From sequence record OK905446.1: a stretch of DNA of 64,000 nucleotides, one strand, 5' to 3'. The translations under genes and the position numbers were made by a program. The notes beneath the pieces were generated by a model. The model was not told the DNA's origin. It did not search any database and worked only from the letters and a program-made list of their open reading frames with translations. Positions 17,869 through 27,002 of the stretch are shown in pieces (the stretch's first letter is position 1; each line of letters starts with the position of its first letter).

Positions 17869-18135
17869 TTATTTCCCCTTTAGTAAGTCGTAAACTTCGC
17901 TGTTCAGCTTGTCGCGAGTACCGTTAACATTACCAAGATAGTCGTTAAACAGCTTTTCACGAGACAAAAACCAGTGCTGCGTCGCTTGAATGATTAGCTC
18001 TTCAGTCATAATATGACCGTTAGATACTGCATATTGAACACGGCGCATTACACCATCTGCTAGTTCTTCAAGTGCAGATTGGTCTAGATTATGGTCTTTT
18101 GCGAATGCTTCTAGCTCAGAATTGAATACAGTCAT
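17869..18135 (-). CDS. early hypothetical protein
   Basis: Promoter and conserved RBS upstream. Confidence 0.8.
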   Translation of the reverse strand: MTVFNSELEAFAKDHNLDQSALEELADGVMRRVQYAVSNGHIMTEELIIQATQHWFLSREKLFNDYLGNVNGTRDKLNSEVYDLLKGK

Positions 18136-18174
18136 AATGTTCTCTCTCTTGTCTTGATGTAGCTATTATCGGCT
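18133..18174. repeat. 42-bp exact repeat, copy 2
   Basis: Identical to 7557-7598. Confidence 0.9.
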
Positions 18175-18204
18175 ATGCTGGTGGAACAGTCAAGCACTTT
18201 TTGC

Positions 18205-18564
18205 TTAAAGTGACAATAAAAGTGTAGTTTCACGCTCAAAACATGCTTTCAATGAGTCATTGTACACGCCTTCGACTACTGTTTTCACTTCGTAATTCGG
18301 CAGCATCACTTTAATACCAAGCTTTTTCATTTCTGGACAAGCTTTGTTCGAGACTTTACCAAACTCAACATCATACAAGTCTTGGCTGTTCAACGTGATT
18401 TTCACGTAGTTAATACCACGTACTGCTTTCGGCAAACGAAATGAAACAAATCGACCTTCAGGCGATTGAAGCAAGTTCTTAGCACCAGTCATGGCAACAA
18501 GACGTGAATGACCGTGTTTCGATTGCGTAAGATCGTTTAGTGCTTTAGCTGCGTTAAAAAACAT
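18205..18564 (-). CDS. early hypothetical protein
   Basis: PeSL-like cassette upstream. Confidence 0.8.
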   Translation of the reverse strand: MFFNAAKALNDLTQSKHGHSRLVAMTGAKNLLQSPEGRFVSFRLPKAVRGINYVKITLNSQDLYDVEFGKVSNKACPEMKKLGIKVMLPNYEVKTVVEGVYNDSLKACFERETTLLLSL

Positions 18565-18615
18565 AATATTCTCTCTCTGTTAGTCGATGTCGTTTCGATA
18601 TAGAGATAATACAAG

Positions 18616-18641
18616 AAAGGGCTGACACTCGTCAACCCTTT
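18616..18641 (-). promoter_or_regulatory. stem-loop early promoter cassette (PeSL-like)
   Basis: AAAGGGTTGAC-GAGT-GTCAGCCCTTT; -35 TTGACG in stem. Confidence 0.75.
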
Positions 18642-18652
18642 TCTTCAACTTT

Positions 18653-19267
18653 TTACGAATGAAGTTCTTCGTCGTATTCGCTTACGGCAAACTTACCCAC
18701 TAGTAGATGATCACCACAGTCAGATACAATATTACCAGACGAACGCATATTGTCAATGTTGAAAGCAACCAATACACCATCACGCTCTACTACAATCTGT
18801 CCCGGACGACTCAACACTACAGTTGCATCAACTGGCGCTTCGGCATACTCATCGTCAGCGGCAAAAATGTCTACTATCTCACCAACCACTAGCTCGTGTT
18901 TCTCTTCTACGAAATCTTGCTCTTTATACTCATAGACAAGACGACCGCTTTTCCACTTACATGGATACCAATCCCAATCTTTCGCAGGCAAGGCTAATCG
19001 CGCATGTACCGCTACAAGCTGACCATCGTGCTTTTCACGTGTCTGCTTATCACCATTCACACGGTCTTTCTCTATGTTAAAGAATGCACCATCTTCAGTA
19101 ACAAGCATATATGTACCATCAGTAACACCACGAATTTGATGACTCGAATCAATGAAGTTCATATAACCACTCAACGAACGGTAATACGTCTCGATTCGCA
19201 CCATTGCTTGATCTGGCAATACTGCTTTCTTCTCTACTACTTTCTTGTGTAACTCAATACTAATCAT
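18653..19267 (-). CDS. hypothetical protein
   Basis: ORF track, start adjusted to TAATG-coupled MISIEL. Confidence 0.7.
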   Translation of the reverse strand: MISIELHKKVVEKKAVLPDQAMVRIETYYRSLSGYMNFIDSSHQIRGVTDGTYMLVTEDGAFFNIEKDRVNGDKQTREKHDGQLVAVHARLALPAKDWDWYPCKWKSGRLVYEYKEQDFVEEKHELVVGEIVDIFAADDEYAEAPVDATVVLSRPGQIVVERDGVLVAFNIDNMRSSGNIVSDCGDHLLVGKFAVSEYDEELHS

Positions 19268-19413
19268 TACCAATTTCCCGTAAACATCATCATACCACAG
19301 AACGCCACTATAATCATGGCTAAGTCTAAAATACACGTACCAAGATATAAATCACTTGGTCGCTCACTGTAACTCATGTCGCGGCTCATATAGAACAACG
19401 CTAATGTAATCAT
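19267..19413 (-). CDS. small membrane protein (48 aa)
   Basis: Read by hand: MITLALFY...FTGNW; GGAGGG SD. Confidence 0.6.
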   Translation of the reverse strand: MITLALFYMSRDMSYSERPSDLYLGTCILDLAMIIVAFCGMMMFTGNW

Positions 19414-19584
19414 ATCACCCTCCCAAGGTGGTTCAGTTGGCTTCTCATTCTCTCACAGGATGGAATTGCATGTCAAGCGAAAAGATGCGAAGCGGATTAG
19501 ATTTTCACGAGGCAAGTACCTTTCTCGACTGCATTAGACTACACAGGAGCCGATGAGACATCACCAAATTTTGACACCAAAAAC

Positions 19585-19692
19585 TTATCCACGTAATCCA
19601 CAGACTTATCCACACGAAAATCTGTATTTTATCCACAATTTTAATAACTTATGCACAGTTTTACACACATCTTATCCACAGATTTATGCACA
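19585..19692 (+). repeat. array of eight co-oriented DnaA-box 9-mers
   Basis: TTATCCACA x3, TTATGCACA x2, three one-mismatch boxes in a non-coding gap. Confidence 0.85.
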
Positions 19693-19803
19693 TTGTGTTT
19701 TAAACGAGGCATGGTGCGATATATTAAAAACGATGTGTATTGTACTATGCTCTGACACGCTCTGAATAGCTCTGTAAGCGTTTTAGAGTGTGTATATGAT
19801 GAA

Positions 19804-20025
19804 CTACACTACTGTTAGTTTAAAGCGTGCAGCGACGTAACTAGCGCGTTGATTGTCGTCGTTAGTAATACGAATCATAGGTGGTTTGTTTGTATGTTCG
19901 TTTACGTTATACATGTGGACGACGTATTCTTTGCCGAATGTCAAGCCGCTAGGTGGCGCAGGCAAGTCTATACGATGTGATTGATTGTCGATACAGATAG
20001 CTTTGATTATTTGTGTTTGTTTCAT
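19804..20025 (-). CDS. small SH3-like hypothetical protein
   Basis: ICID...LTFGKEYVV...YVAARF pattern. Confidence 0.65.
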   Translation of the reverse strand: MKQTQIIKAICIDNQSHRIDLPAPPSGLTFGKEYVVHMYNVNEHTNKPPMIRITNDDNQRASYVAARFKLTVV

Positions 20026-20032
20026 AGTATTC

Positions 20033-20335
20033 TCACATTGATTGCATTACACGAATACACGTGTTCATTGATTCTCTAGTAGCGAATGAGCTACTGTTTT
20101 TATTATCTGATTCTGATTCTGATTCGTTATCATCGAATAGGCATATGATAAAACAGAATAGAGCTACTAAGACACTGGCGATTAAGAACATTAATAGCAC
20201 GCTCATAATGCACCAGCCGTGATGTGTAGTAGGACATATGAGATAAAGCCGAGTACAGCAGTGAGTATTAGTTTCACAAAGCCAGGTTTGTTGATGAAGC
20301 TGAACAGACATATAGCTGTTAGTACTACACAGCAT
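20033..20335 (-). CDS. small membrane protein (true start probably MSVLLM)
   Basis: ORF track; start uncertain. Confidence 0.45.
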   Translation of the reverse strand: MLCSTNSYMSVQLHQQTWLCETNTHCCTRLYLICPTTHHGWCIMSVLLMFLIASVLVALFCFIICLFDDNESESESDNKNSSSFATRESMNTCIRVMQSM

Positions 20336-20363
20336 ACGAGTATGAGTAGAAGTATTGTTAAGC

Positions 20364-20567
20364 TCATAGCATTACTCCGTATTTGTGCATAACAAACATG
20401 TTAGCTACGTTAACGACAGCGCACACTACAAGGAAGATACACATGCCGGTGCGGTGTTCGTTGCTCATTAGGCTTTCAACTGAGTCAAACGCTAGAATCA
20501 CGACGAACACGAGTATTATAATAGATAGACCAATCATAATGTTTTCCTTACAGTTCAAAAACTTCAT
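20364..20567 (-). CDS. small membrane protein (start probably MIGLS)
   Basis: Two hydrophobic segments; AAGGA SD. Confidence 0.6.
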   Translation of the reverse strand: MKFLNCKENIMIGLSIIILVFVVILAFDSVESLMSNEHRTGMCIFLVVCAVVNVANMFVMHKYGVML

Positions 20568-20787
20568 TTAGATGTAGAGCATTCTTTACTGCTTCTACTA
20601 CATTTTCAGATTGACTCATGATAACGCGCACTGAGTTTTGAATGCTTATCATACGAGTTGTTGAGATTCTTCCGTATATGCCATATGCATTATTTTTAAA
20701 CGTAATCTCTTGTTCTAAGATTTCTATTGCATTACGCGCTGAGGTGCTTAGAGTTTCGTTCGCTGCTTTTTCGATGGTGTTAATCAT
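20548..20787 (-). CDS. hypothetical protein
   Basis: Start adjusted to MINTIE after PeSL cassette. Confidence 0.7.
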   Translation of the reverse strand: MINTIEKAANETLSTSARNAIEILEQEITFKNNAYGIYGRISTTRMISIQNSVRVIMSQSENVVEAVKNALHLNEVFEL

Positions 20788-20827
20788 AATGTTTTCCTTT
20801 CTTGATTTGATATGTGTATGATACGCG

Positions 20828-20853
20828 AAAGGGCTGACTACTGTCAACCCTTT
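20828..20853 (-). promoter_or_regulatory. stem-loop early promoter cassette (PeSL-like)
   Basis: AAAGGGTTGAC-AGTA-GTCAGCCCTTT; identical core at 58538-58563. Confidence 0.75.
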
Positions 20854-20856
20854 TCT

Positions 20857-21216
20857 TTAGTATAATTCATATGATTTGATATTGTTCATGTCGAACAGGT
20901 AGAAGTCTCTATTGCCACAGCCGTCATCGGCAACAGTTAGTAGCCATTGTTTATCAGCAGAAAGCCATACGCTTGTGCCGTATACTTCTACTGAGTAGCA
21001 ATCGCCTTCTTCTAAGCCATTCGCGTCTTTAAAGCCGTATTGGAACTCACGCACTTTGTTAATGACCTTATGCATATCATCTATGTTATCTGGTATTAAA
21101 TCGCACGTGAATAGTTCATCTGTGCAGTCTACAAGATTATGCCATAGATGGTCTAACTCGAACTTAGCTGCGATTGATGCTTCTGTTTCTGCTAATGTCT
21201 TTAGTAGTTCTTTCAT
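20857..21216 (-). CDS. acidic hypothetical protein
   Basis: Start adjusted to MKELLK (GAGG SD). Confidence 0.7.
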   Translation of the reverse strand: MKELLKTLAETEASIAAKFELDHLWHNLVDCTDELFTCDLIPDNIDDMHKVINKVREFQYGFKDANGLEEGDCYSVEVYGTSVWLSADKQWLLTVADDGCGNRDFYLFDMNNIKSYELY

Positions 21217-21898
21217 TGTATACCTCATGCAGTTGTGATACAAGTTGTTTAATTTGAAGTAACAGTACGTCATCGACATTTCCGTAGATGTCTTTACTCA
21301 TAAATGTTGCATGTTGCATTATGTATTGAGATTGCTGTTCGAATGACATCCGAGTATGCGACTTGTTGCTTAATTTACTGTTATCTCTATGTGTTATCAA
21401 TTGTAAATTGTCAGGGTGATGCGCAACTGCACCATGTTCGTGAATTGTAAGACAGTGGTCAACAACAATCTTGATCGAACGGTCTTCACTTAATTCTAGG
21501 AGCGTGTTGATTTCTTTTGAAATTCGCCAAAAATCTCTCAGACGATACATTTCGAGTTTAGTCAATTTCGATTCAGCGTCATTATAGATGCTCGCTCGAT
21601 CTTTACGCTTATTGACATTGCAATACCATTTTTTACCTCGAATTTCTTCAACGTGTAACGTATGATTCAAGCGTTTAATTGTTTCAGGTGCGCTCATGAT
21701 GCATGAAACACGATATGCAAGATGATGAACCCACGTCGGTCTATGTGACGTTAGCTTTTTAGTTGCGAATGCACGCTCAATTTGCGGATGTTTTTTAGCA
21801 ATCATTTCTGCCACATCGAAGCTACAGTATTCAATATCATAAGCAATGCTGTTCATTGCATCATACACATAATCTGATACATCTATCATGCTGTTCAT
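21164..21898 (-). CDS. HNH-family endonuclease (free-standing)
   Basis: IVVDHCLTIHEHGAVAHHPDNLQLITHRDN HNH motif. Confidence 0.7.
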   Translation of the reverse strand: MNSMIDVSDYVYDAMNSIAYDIEYCSFDVAEMIAKKHPQIERAFATKKLTSHRPTWVHHLAYRVSCIMSAPETIKRLNHTLHVEEIRGKKWYCNVNKRKDRASIYNDAESKLTKLEMYRLRDFWRISKEINTLLELSEDRSIKIVVDHCLTIHEHGAVAHHPDNLQLITHRDNSKLSNKSHTRMSFEQQSQYIMQHATFMSKDIYGNVDDVLLLQIKQLVSQLHEVYNERTTKDISRNRSINRS

Positions 21899-21957
21899 AA
21901 TTCACCTCATTTATATTGAACTTGCATTGTACATGTAAATGATGTGAAATGAAAGAA

Positions 21958-22128
21958 CTAAATTCGTTTTACATGAATTTCGCAACGGCTAATTGTTTTC
22001 TGTTCGATATGGAACTTAGCCTTTACAGTTTTAAGATAATCAACCACGAGTACTTTATCGCGTGCTGAGTCGATAGTGATTACGTTTTCTACTACTTGTA
22101 CATGTTTTAGATAATCTGGCAATTGCAT
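21958..22128 (-). CDS. small hypothetical protein (56 aa)
   Basis: Read by hand: MQLPDYLKHV... Confidence 0.45.
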   Translation of the reverse strand: MQLPDYLKHVQVVENVITIDSARDKVLVVDYLKTVKAKFHIEQKTISRCEIHVKRI

Positions 22129-22358
22129 GTGAATGTCTCCGCATAGATTTGGTTTTCTATCGCTTCATTGCTTACACACATACTCCATTCAAAGCATTCA
22201 TCGTCTAAGCTATTAGATGCACTGAGTACAACAACGAAGCAACGTCGTTCTTTGTCGTATTTGATTGAGCAGATACGATTAGCAGTCCTTTGCTTAATAA
22301 CGCTATGCAATGCGTCAGTAATCTTCTCGTGGTGAAGCATTACATCGTTAATATTCAT
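22107..22358 (-). CDS. paralog family C member
   Basis: VMLHHEKITDAL...IKYDKERRCFVV. Confidence 0.7.
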   Translation of the reverse strand: MNINDVMLHHEKITDALHSVIKQRTANRICSIKYDKERRCFVVVLSASNSLDDECFEWSMCVSNEAIENQIYAETFTCNCQII

Positions 22359-22573
22359 AGGAACTTTTCTAGTTGATAGTTATGGATGAACACGTCTGTG
22401 TATTCAGTGCCATCCTCTGATTCTTCGACAATTGCTACATCAAATCCGAGATTGTCTTTATCATATTGAATGACATCAGTGTATTGGACAGAGTTCAAGC
22501 ACAAGAACTTTTCAATTGCTTGCATGATTCTCGCGTGATTGAGCATTGTGCTTTCTATCATTTGTTCATCCAT
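22355..22573 (-). CDS. paralog family C member
   Basis: TMLNHARIMQAI...IQYDKDNLGFDV. Confidence 0.7.
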   Translation of the reverse strand: MDEQMIESTMLNHARIMQAIEKFLCLNSVQYTDVIQYDKDNLGFDVAIVEESEDGTEYTDVFIHNYQLEKFL

Positions 22574-22776
22574 TGCTCAAGTGCAGTTGCTGTTACAGTT
22601 AGTTCACGAATGAACTCACCATCGTAGTATGTCACGTCCCATGCTTCGTCTTGTTCGAAGTAACAAGCATATTCGATATGACCTTCGCCGTCGAACTCTG
22701 CATCGAGATAATTTATCAATGCTTCTTCGATTTCTGCGTGTTGTTTCATTACTAATGCTACGTTCATTTGCGCCAC
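22558..22776 (-). CDS. paralog family C member
   Basis: VMKQHAEIEEAL...YFEQDEAWDV. Confidence 0.7.
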   Translation of the reverse strand: MAQMNVALVMKQHAEIEEALINYLDAEFDGEGHIEYACYFEQDEAWDVTYYDGEFIRELTVTATALEQWMNK

Positions 22777-23387
22777 TCATTGCGTTTAGTGTTAGTTAAT
22801 TGAAGATACAATGTATCAAGCCCTTCGAACGTACTAGCGTAATGCGGTGAGTCATCAATCAGCATAGTAATGCCTTGCTCTTTGCAGTAGCGTGCTTTCA
22901 TATTGTCCCAGATGTCTGGATCAACGTGAGGTCTGTTCTGTTCATCGTATGTGATTTCAACGCCGTCGATTTCACATTGCTCATGAATAGAGAACCAGTA
23001 GTCGTATTCTAAATCACTAGGCACGTCAGTGTCAAGCTCTTCTTTAATGCCAGTGATGATATGCACTTCGACTGGTAGTTTACTAATGAGCGTGAAAAGT
23101 TCTGGTGCTTTGTCTATTACGCCATGAATATCAATGCCGAGTTTGATAACGCCAGTGTCAACAGCACGCATACCACGCACGTTACTAATTTCACACAGCT
23201 TATCAGTGATGATAGCATCGAGTTCGTCAACTGCTTCAGTCACAACTAACCAGCCGCGACCATCTTCAGCAGTTGCAGCGAATTTGTCACACTGTAACAG
23301 ATACTTTCTAGCGTTTAGTAGTTGGTCAACGGTCTTACATGAGCGTACGACTGCTTGCATTTTATGTACTAATGGGTAGCCTGTCAT
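22764..23387 (-). CDS. HAD-superfamily hydrolase with N-terminal extension
   Basis: LGIDIHGVID motif I and MLIDDSP motif IV. Confidence 0.65.
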   Translation of the reverse strand: MTGYPLVHKMQAVVRSCKTVDQLLNARKYLLQCDKFAATAEDGRGWLVVTEAVDELDAIITDKLCEISNVRGMRAVDTGVIKLGIDIHGVIDKAPELFTLISKLPVEVHIITGIKEELDTDVPSDLEYDYWFSIHEQCEIDGVEITYDEQNRPHVDPDIWDNMKARYCKEQGITMLIDDSPHYASTFEGLDTLYLQLTNTKRNEWRK

Positions 23388-23731
23388 AATATGTTTTCTC
23401 GAATGTTGTTGATGGTTTGATATGCTTCGTCAATTTGCATATCAATAGCACGTTTGTTCACAAGAAGATTGTCGATGTGTAGCTTCAAGTCATCTACACG
23501 TTCGTTTGCCTGAGTGCGCCAGTGCGTCATGAGTTCTGGTATTTCTTCTTTAGATACGTCTAGCTCATCATACAAGTCTAGGAACTGAAGAATAAGCGCA
23601 TGACACATTGGTGGTCGTTCTGGTCTGCGCGACATAAAGAAGTCTTCATCATGGAATGGACTCTGAACAAACAGATCGTATTGTTCAATGCCAAGATCAT
23701 CTATTGCTTTTTTAATGCGATATGCTTTCAT
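23384..23731 (-). CDS. hypothetical protein
   Basis: ORF track; C-terminal coiled coil. Confidence 0.7.
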   Translation of the reverse strand: MKAYRIKKAIDDLGIEQYDLFVQSPFHDEDFFMSRRPERPPMCHALILQFLDLYDELDVSKEEIPELMTHWRTQANERVDDLKLHIDNLLVNKRAIDMQIDEAYQTINNIRENIL

Positions 23732-24024
23732 ACGAATTGCTCTAGTGAGTTGCCGTTTGGTAAGCGTTCATACAACTTACGACCTGAATCAGTCTTGCCG
23801 ATTGCTTTCCAGTTGGTAGAACTATCAAGAGCACGCGAGATTTCACGTCTTAATGTGCTGTTCTTCATTGTTCCGTCATTGCTTGATGCACTAGCACGCG
23901 CTTGAGGGAACTTAGCAAGCATATCGTCCATGATGTCATATACAGTAGCGTAACGGCTCGTGTTGTTCTTTACTTCATTGCGAATTAGCAGATTGATATT
24001 CATAGTTATTTTCCTCAGGGGCAT
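23728..24024 (-). CDS. basic hypothetical protein (start probably MNINLL)
   Basis: ORF track. Confidence 0.65.
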   Translation of the reverse strand: MPLRKITMNINLLIRNEVKNNTSRYATVYDIMDDMLAKFPQARASASSNDGTMKNSTLRREISRALDSSTNWKAIGKTDSGRKLYERLPNGNSLEQFV

Positions 24025-24038
24025 TGCTGCCCCATTTG

Positions 24039-25085
24039 TTAGTAGATGCCAGTGAAGTGTTGAATGATCTGATAGTGATCATCATACATCAGATGTTGTA
24101 GCTCACGAACTTCGCTCAGGGGTACCCACTCGACTTTGATTAAGTCATCAGCAGGTTTGATGCGAGGGAACTTACCATCGTTATCAGGCTCGATGTCAAT
24201 ATGATATGCCATAGTGATACGAGTGTGAGGGTAAGAGCGTTTCGGATCGTCGAACATCTTTTCAGCTTTGATCGAGCCACGCAGTACTTTCTCTGGTACT
24301 TTCAAGCATGTTTCTTCTTTAAGCTCACGTAATGCAGCAGTCAAGAAAGTCTCGTTGTCGGCTTTATGACCGCCAGGTAGTGCTAGACAGTTCTTGCCCG
24401 GGTTGTTCTTACGAGTACCAAGCAGTACGTGACCTGCACATGTAACAACGTTATCAGCGCACGCGATATTCAAGTGACCAGCATATGGATAGTCTAAGAA
24501 CTTATTGATCTCACGCACTGAGCTATCATATTCAGCTTTCATATCAGTGAACGTCTCAGTTTGTGACCATTCAGCAAGAAACTCTTTCGTGCCTTGTGGT
24601 AGAATAACGCTCAATGGACTATTCATTAGTACTTCACTGAAGTAACACGCTCGAATATCAGTTGCTGATACGACTTTGCCTGCTAAGTCAATTGCCTTTG
24701 GTTGATAGTGCTTCAACTCAGGGAAAAGTTTCAGATAGTAGCTGCTTTCATCTTTGTCATAGCCAACGATGTGCGTTACGCCCTTAGCTTTTGTACGAAC
24801 TTCAGTTGCCCAAACGTTATCGTTCGAGTGATCATACAGTGATTTGATGTGAACTTTCTCTCGTAGTTCTCGTGGTAAGTTGCATTTAATCATGTAGCGA
24901 ACTTCTTCGAACGTGAATGGATTCTTCACTGAACGATGTCGATTACAAGAACCAACGAGTACAGTCATTTGATCTAAGTTAAGATCATCGAATGCTTGAG
25001 TGATAGTCGATAGATGACCAACGTGGAATGGACGGAAACGTCCGATGTAGATTGCATGTGACATTATAGGCTCCCTATTTGTCAT
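24039..25085 (-). CDS. natV: bifunctional NMN adenylyltransferase / Nudix ADP-ribose pyrophosphatase
   Basis: GRFRPFHVGH, SATDIR, Nudix box GGHKADNETFLTAALRELKEET. Confidence 0.9.
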   Translation of the reverse strand: MTNREPIMSHAIYIGRFRPFHVGHLSTITQAFDDLNLDQMTVLVGSCNRHRSVKNPFTFEEVRYMIKCNLPRELREKVHIKSLYDHSNDNVWATEVRTKAKGVTHIVGYDKDESSYYLKLFPELKHYQPKAIDLAGKVVSATDIRACYFSEVLMNSPLSVILPQGTKEFLAEWSQTETFTDMKAEYDSSVREINKFLDYPYAGHLNIACADNVVTCAGHVLLGTRKNNPGKNCLALPGGHKADNETFLTAALRELKEETCLKVPEKVLRGSIKAEKMFDDPKRSYPHTRITMAYHIDIEPDNDGKFPRIKPADDLIKVEWVPLSEVRELQHLMYDDHYQIIQHFTGIY

Positions 25086-25126
25086 TGTTGTTTGAGATTT
25101 GATTATTACATGTTTAAGTTGTCATG

Positions 25127-25657
25127 TCAACAAAATTCTTGTCCTGTATCAACGCAAGGTGCGTGATTCAAGATTGATGCTGCTCTTGCTACAGTTCGAT
25201 CAGTCATACCAATCTCATGGTCGCAATTGACATAGTTATGTCGTTGCCACAAAAGCATATCAGTGTCATCGTCTAAGATAACATAGCTGCGATAATCATA
25301 ATGATGCATACCAAGCAGTGTTTCGTTGTCTTTGAGCCATTTAAGAATCTCATTGCCACGAAACGCCCATGAGTATTTGTGATCTAGATTATCAGTTTTA
25401 CCAATGCACTTCGCATTGATTCCCATTGTGTCGAGTAAGAGATTAATCTCATCAAGATCAAGACCATTACGCCATACGCTTGTCAGTACAATACTGGCGT
25501 TAGTCTTTTCTATGAGTGCATTAAGTCTTTCTACACAACGCGGCGAGTAAATGCCTTGATACTCACCTTTAAGTAACACGTCCTTGTGTTCATCGACTTC
25601 TAACGAATTGTTAAGAACGCCGTCAATATCCAAGAATATAATCTTCATGGTTACCAC
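25127..25657 (-). CDS. HAD-family phosphatase (Swiss-Army-knife RNA-repair-like HAD)
   Basis: IFLDIDGVLN, IVLTSVWR, RGNEI..WL, YVILDD. Confidence 0.8.
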   Translation of the reverse strand: MVTMKIIFLDIDGVLNNSLEVDEHKDVLLKGEYQGIYSPRCVERLNALIEKTNASIVLTSVWRNGLDLDEINLLLDTMGINAKCIGKTDNLDHKYSWAFRGNEILKWLKDNETLLGMHHYDYRSYVILDDDTDMLLWQRHNYVNCDHEIGMTDRTVARAASILNHAPCVDTGQEFC

Positions 25658-26118
25658 TTACATAGTTCACCAAGTGCTTCGTACGCTTGACTCATGCCTT
25701 TCAAACTGAAATGATATGAATACTTCACTCCCTGTACTCGATTCTCAACAACATATTCAAGTTTGTTGCCTGATTTAAGAGTGTCAATTGCTTTGACATT
25801 ACCAACAAAGGTAGTGACAGATGCTTGATGTTGAAGCTGTTCATTATTGATTCGCGTATACGGTTTGCCGTCGATAGAATACCAAACGTCCTCCGGTGAT
25901 GCTGCGGTCAAATAATCTCTCGTTTCATACAACGTGACACTCTTATTACAATCAATCGTAAGAACTGCAAGGTGATTGGTTGATGATGTACTTGCTGTGT
26001 GTATTAGCTTGTGTGTGCGAACGTCAACACGATGAACTGTCACCCAGTCATCGTGTATATGAGCGTTCGCAAATAGTGGCATCAGTGCCACAGTAGTTAA
26101 TAACAATGCGATCTTCAT
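25651..26118 (-). CDS. secreted/periplasmic protein
   Basis: Signal peptide MKIALLLTTVALMPLFANA. Confidence 0.7.
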   Translation of the reverse strand: MKIALLLTTVALMPLFANAHIHDDWVTVHRVDVRTHKLIHTASTSSTNHLAVLTIDCNKSVTLYETRDYLTAASPEDVWYSIDGKPYTRINNEQLQHQASVTTFVGNVKAIDTLKSGNKLEYVVENRVQGVKYSYHFSLKGMSQAYEALGELCKW

Positions 26119-26174
26119 AGTGCGTTTCCTTGTGCTTGTAACTGCACACGTGCAACATATGACGCTATTTTATT

Positions 26175-26951
26175 TTACACTGTATGCATACCACGTCGTT
26201 GCATTGAAGAAAGTTCATGCGAACGCATACAACCTGATTTCTTCATTGGAGCTTCTTTAGGCTGAACGATCTTCTTTGCTTCTTCAGTGATGATTTCGAC
26301 TAATTCAATGTCGGTGTAATGAGTGTCGAGTAGTCTACCCTCTTTGCTCACGGGCTGAATGCCAACCGAGATTGTTCCGCTTGCTTGATTGAAAATAGCA
26401 GTGACTAAGCCTGTACAGCCAGTTGCCATGCATCGAGCTTTTTGCAGCAGTTCAACTTTAAGTTCATCACGCTCACGTTTCAAGCGATTGTTGATGATCT
26501 TATCGTGAATTGAGTGACCCGTTTTCTTACAGCTAATGACACGAGCAGATGCATAAATATTCGTTTCATGCTCTGAGTAAGGCTTAATCATTAGCACATT
26601 CGGTGCTGCATTTACTGAGTATTGAATTTCAGTTACGATGCCTTTCGCTTCTGAAACTGTATCTTCTACTTCATCGCCTAGACGAATCGGCATCGTCGTA
26701 TTCGTTTCAGCGAAAATAGCTTCGTACTCTTCTACGCGGTCAGAGTTGATAATCTCTACCAGTTTTGAGCTAAAAACATGTGTTCGAGCGATGCCTTTGT
26801 TGTCTTTTGACTGAACTTCCAGCAGTTCGCACCCTGCAATGCAATGTGTGATACCGATTACAGTACCACGTAAGCCCGATGCAATTGATTCTACGAGCAT
26901 ACCAAAGCGGTGACCAGATGTAGTTACAATACTCATAATATATTCTCTCAC
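26175..26951 (-). CDS. protein with three internal SH3/KOW-like repeats (start probably 26938)
   Basis: Three G...V....SG..G.V..I repeats; ATAAATA box upstream. Confidence 0.7.
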   Translation of the reverse strand: MREYIMSIVTTSGHRFGMLVESIASGLRGTVIGITHCIAGCELLEVQSKDNKGIARTHVFSSKLVEIINSDRVEEYEAIFAETNTTMPIRLGDEVEDTVSEAKGIVTEIQYSVNAAPNVLMIKPYSEHETNIYASARVISCKKTGHSIHDKIINNRLKRERDELKVELLQKARCMATGCTGLVTAIFNQASGTISVGIQPVSKEGRLLDTHYTDIELVEIITEEAKKIVQPKEAPMKKSGCMRSHELSSMQRRGMHTV

Positions 26952-26954
26952 TTG

Positions 26955-26961
26955 TATTTAT
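26955..26961 (-). promoter_or_regulatory. possible late promoter
   Basis: ATAAATA on minus strand. Confidence 0.45.
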
Positions 26962-27002
26962 TAGTTGTTCACAGATTGTTCACATATATTCATATGAATT
27001 TG

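Noticed and set aside
21908-21915. TATAAATG as late promoter for HNH 21164-21898
   Set aside because: Too close to the ATG; the transcript would lack its SD, and it overlaps the GAGG SD itself.
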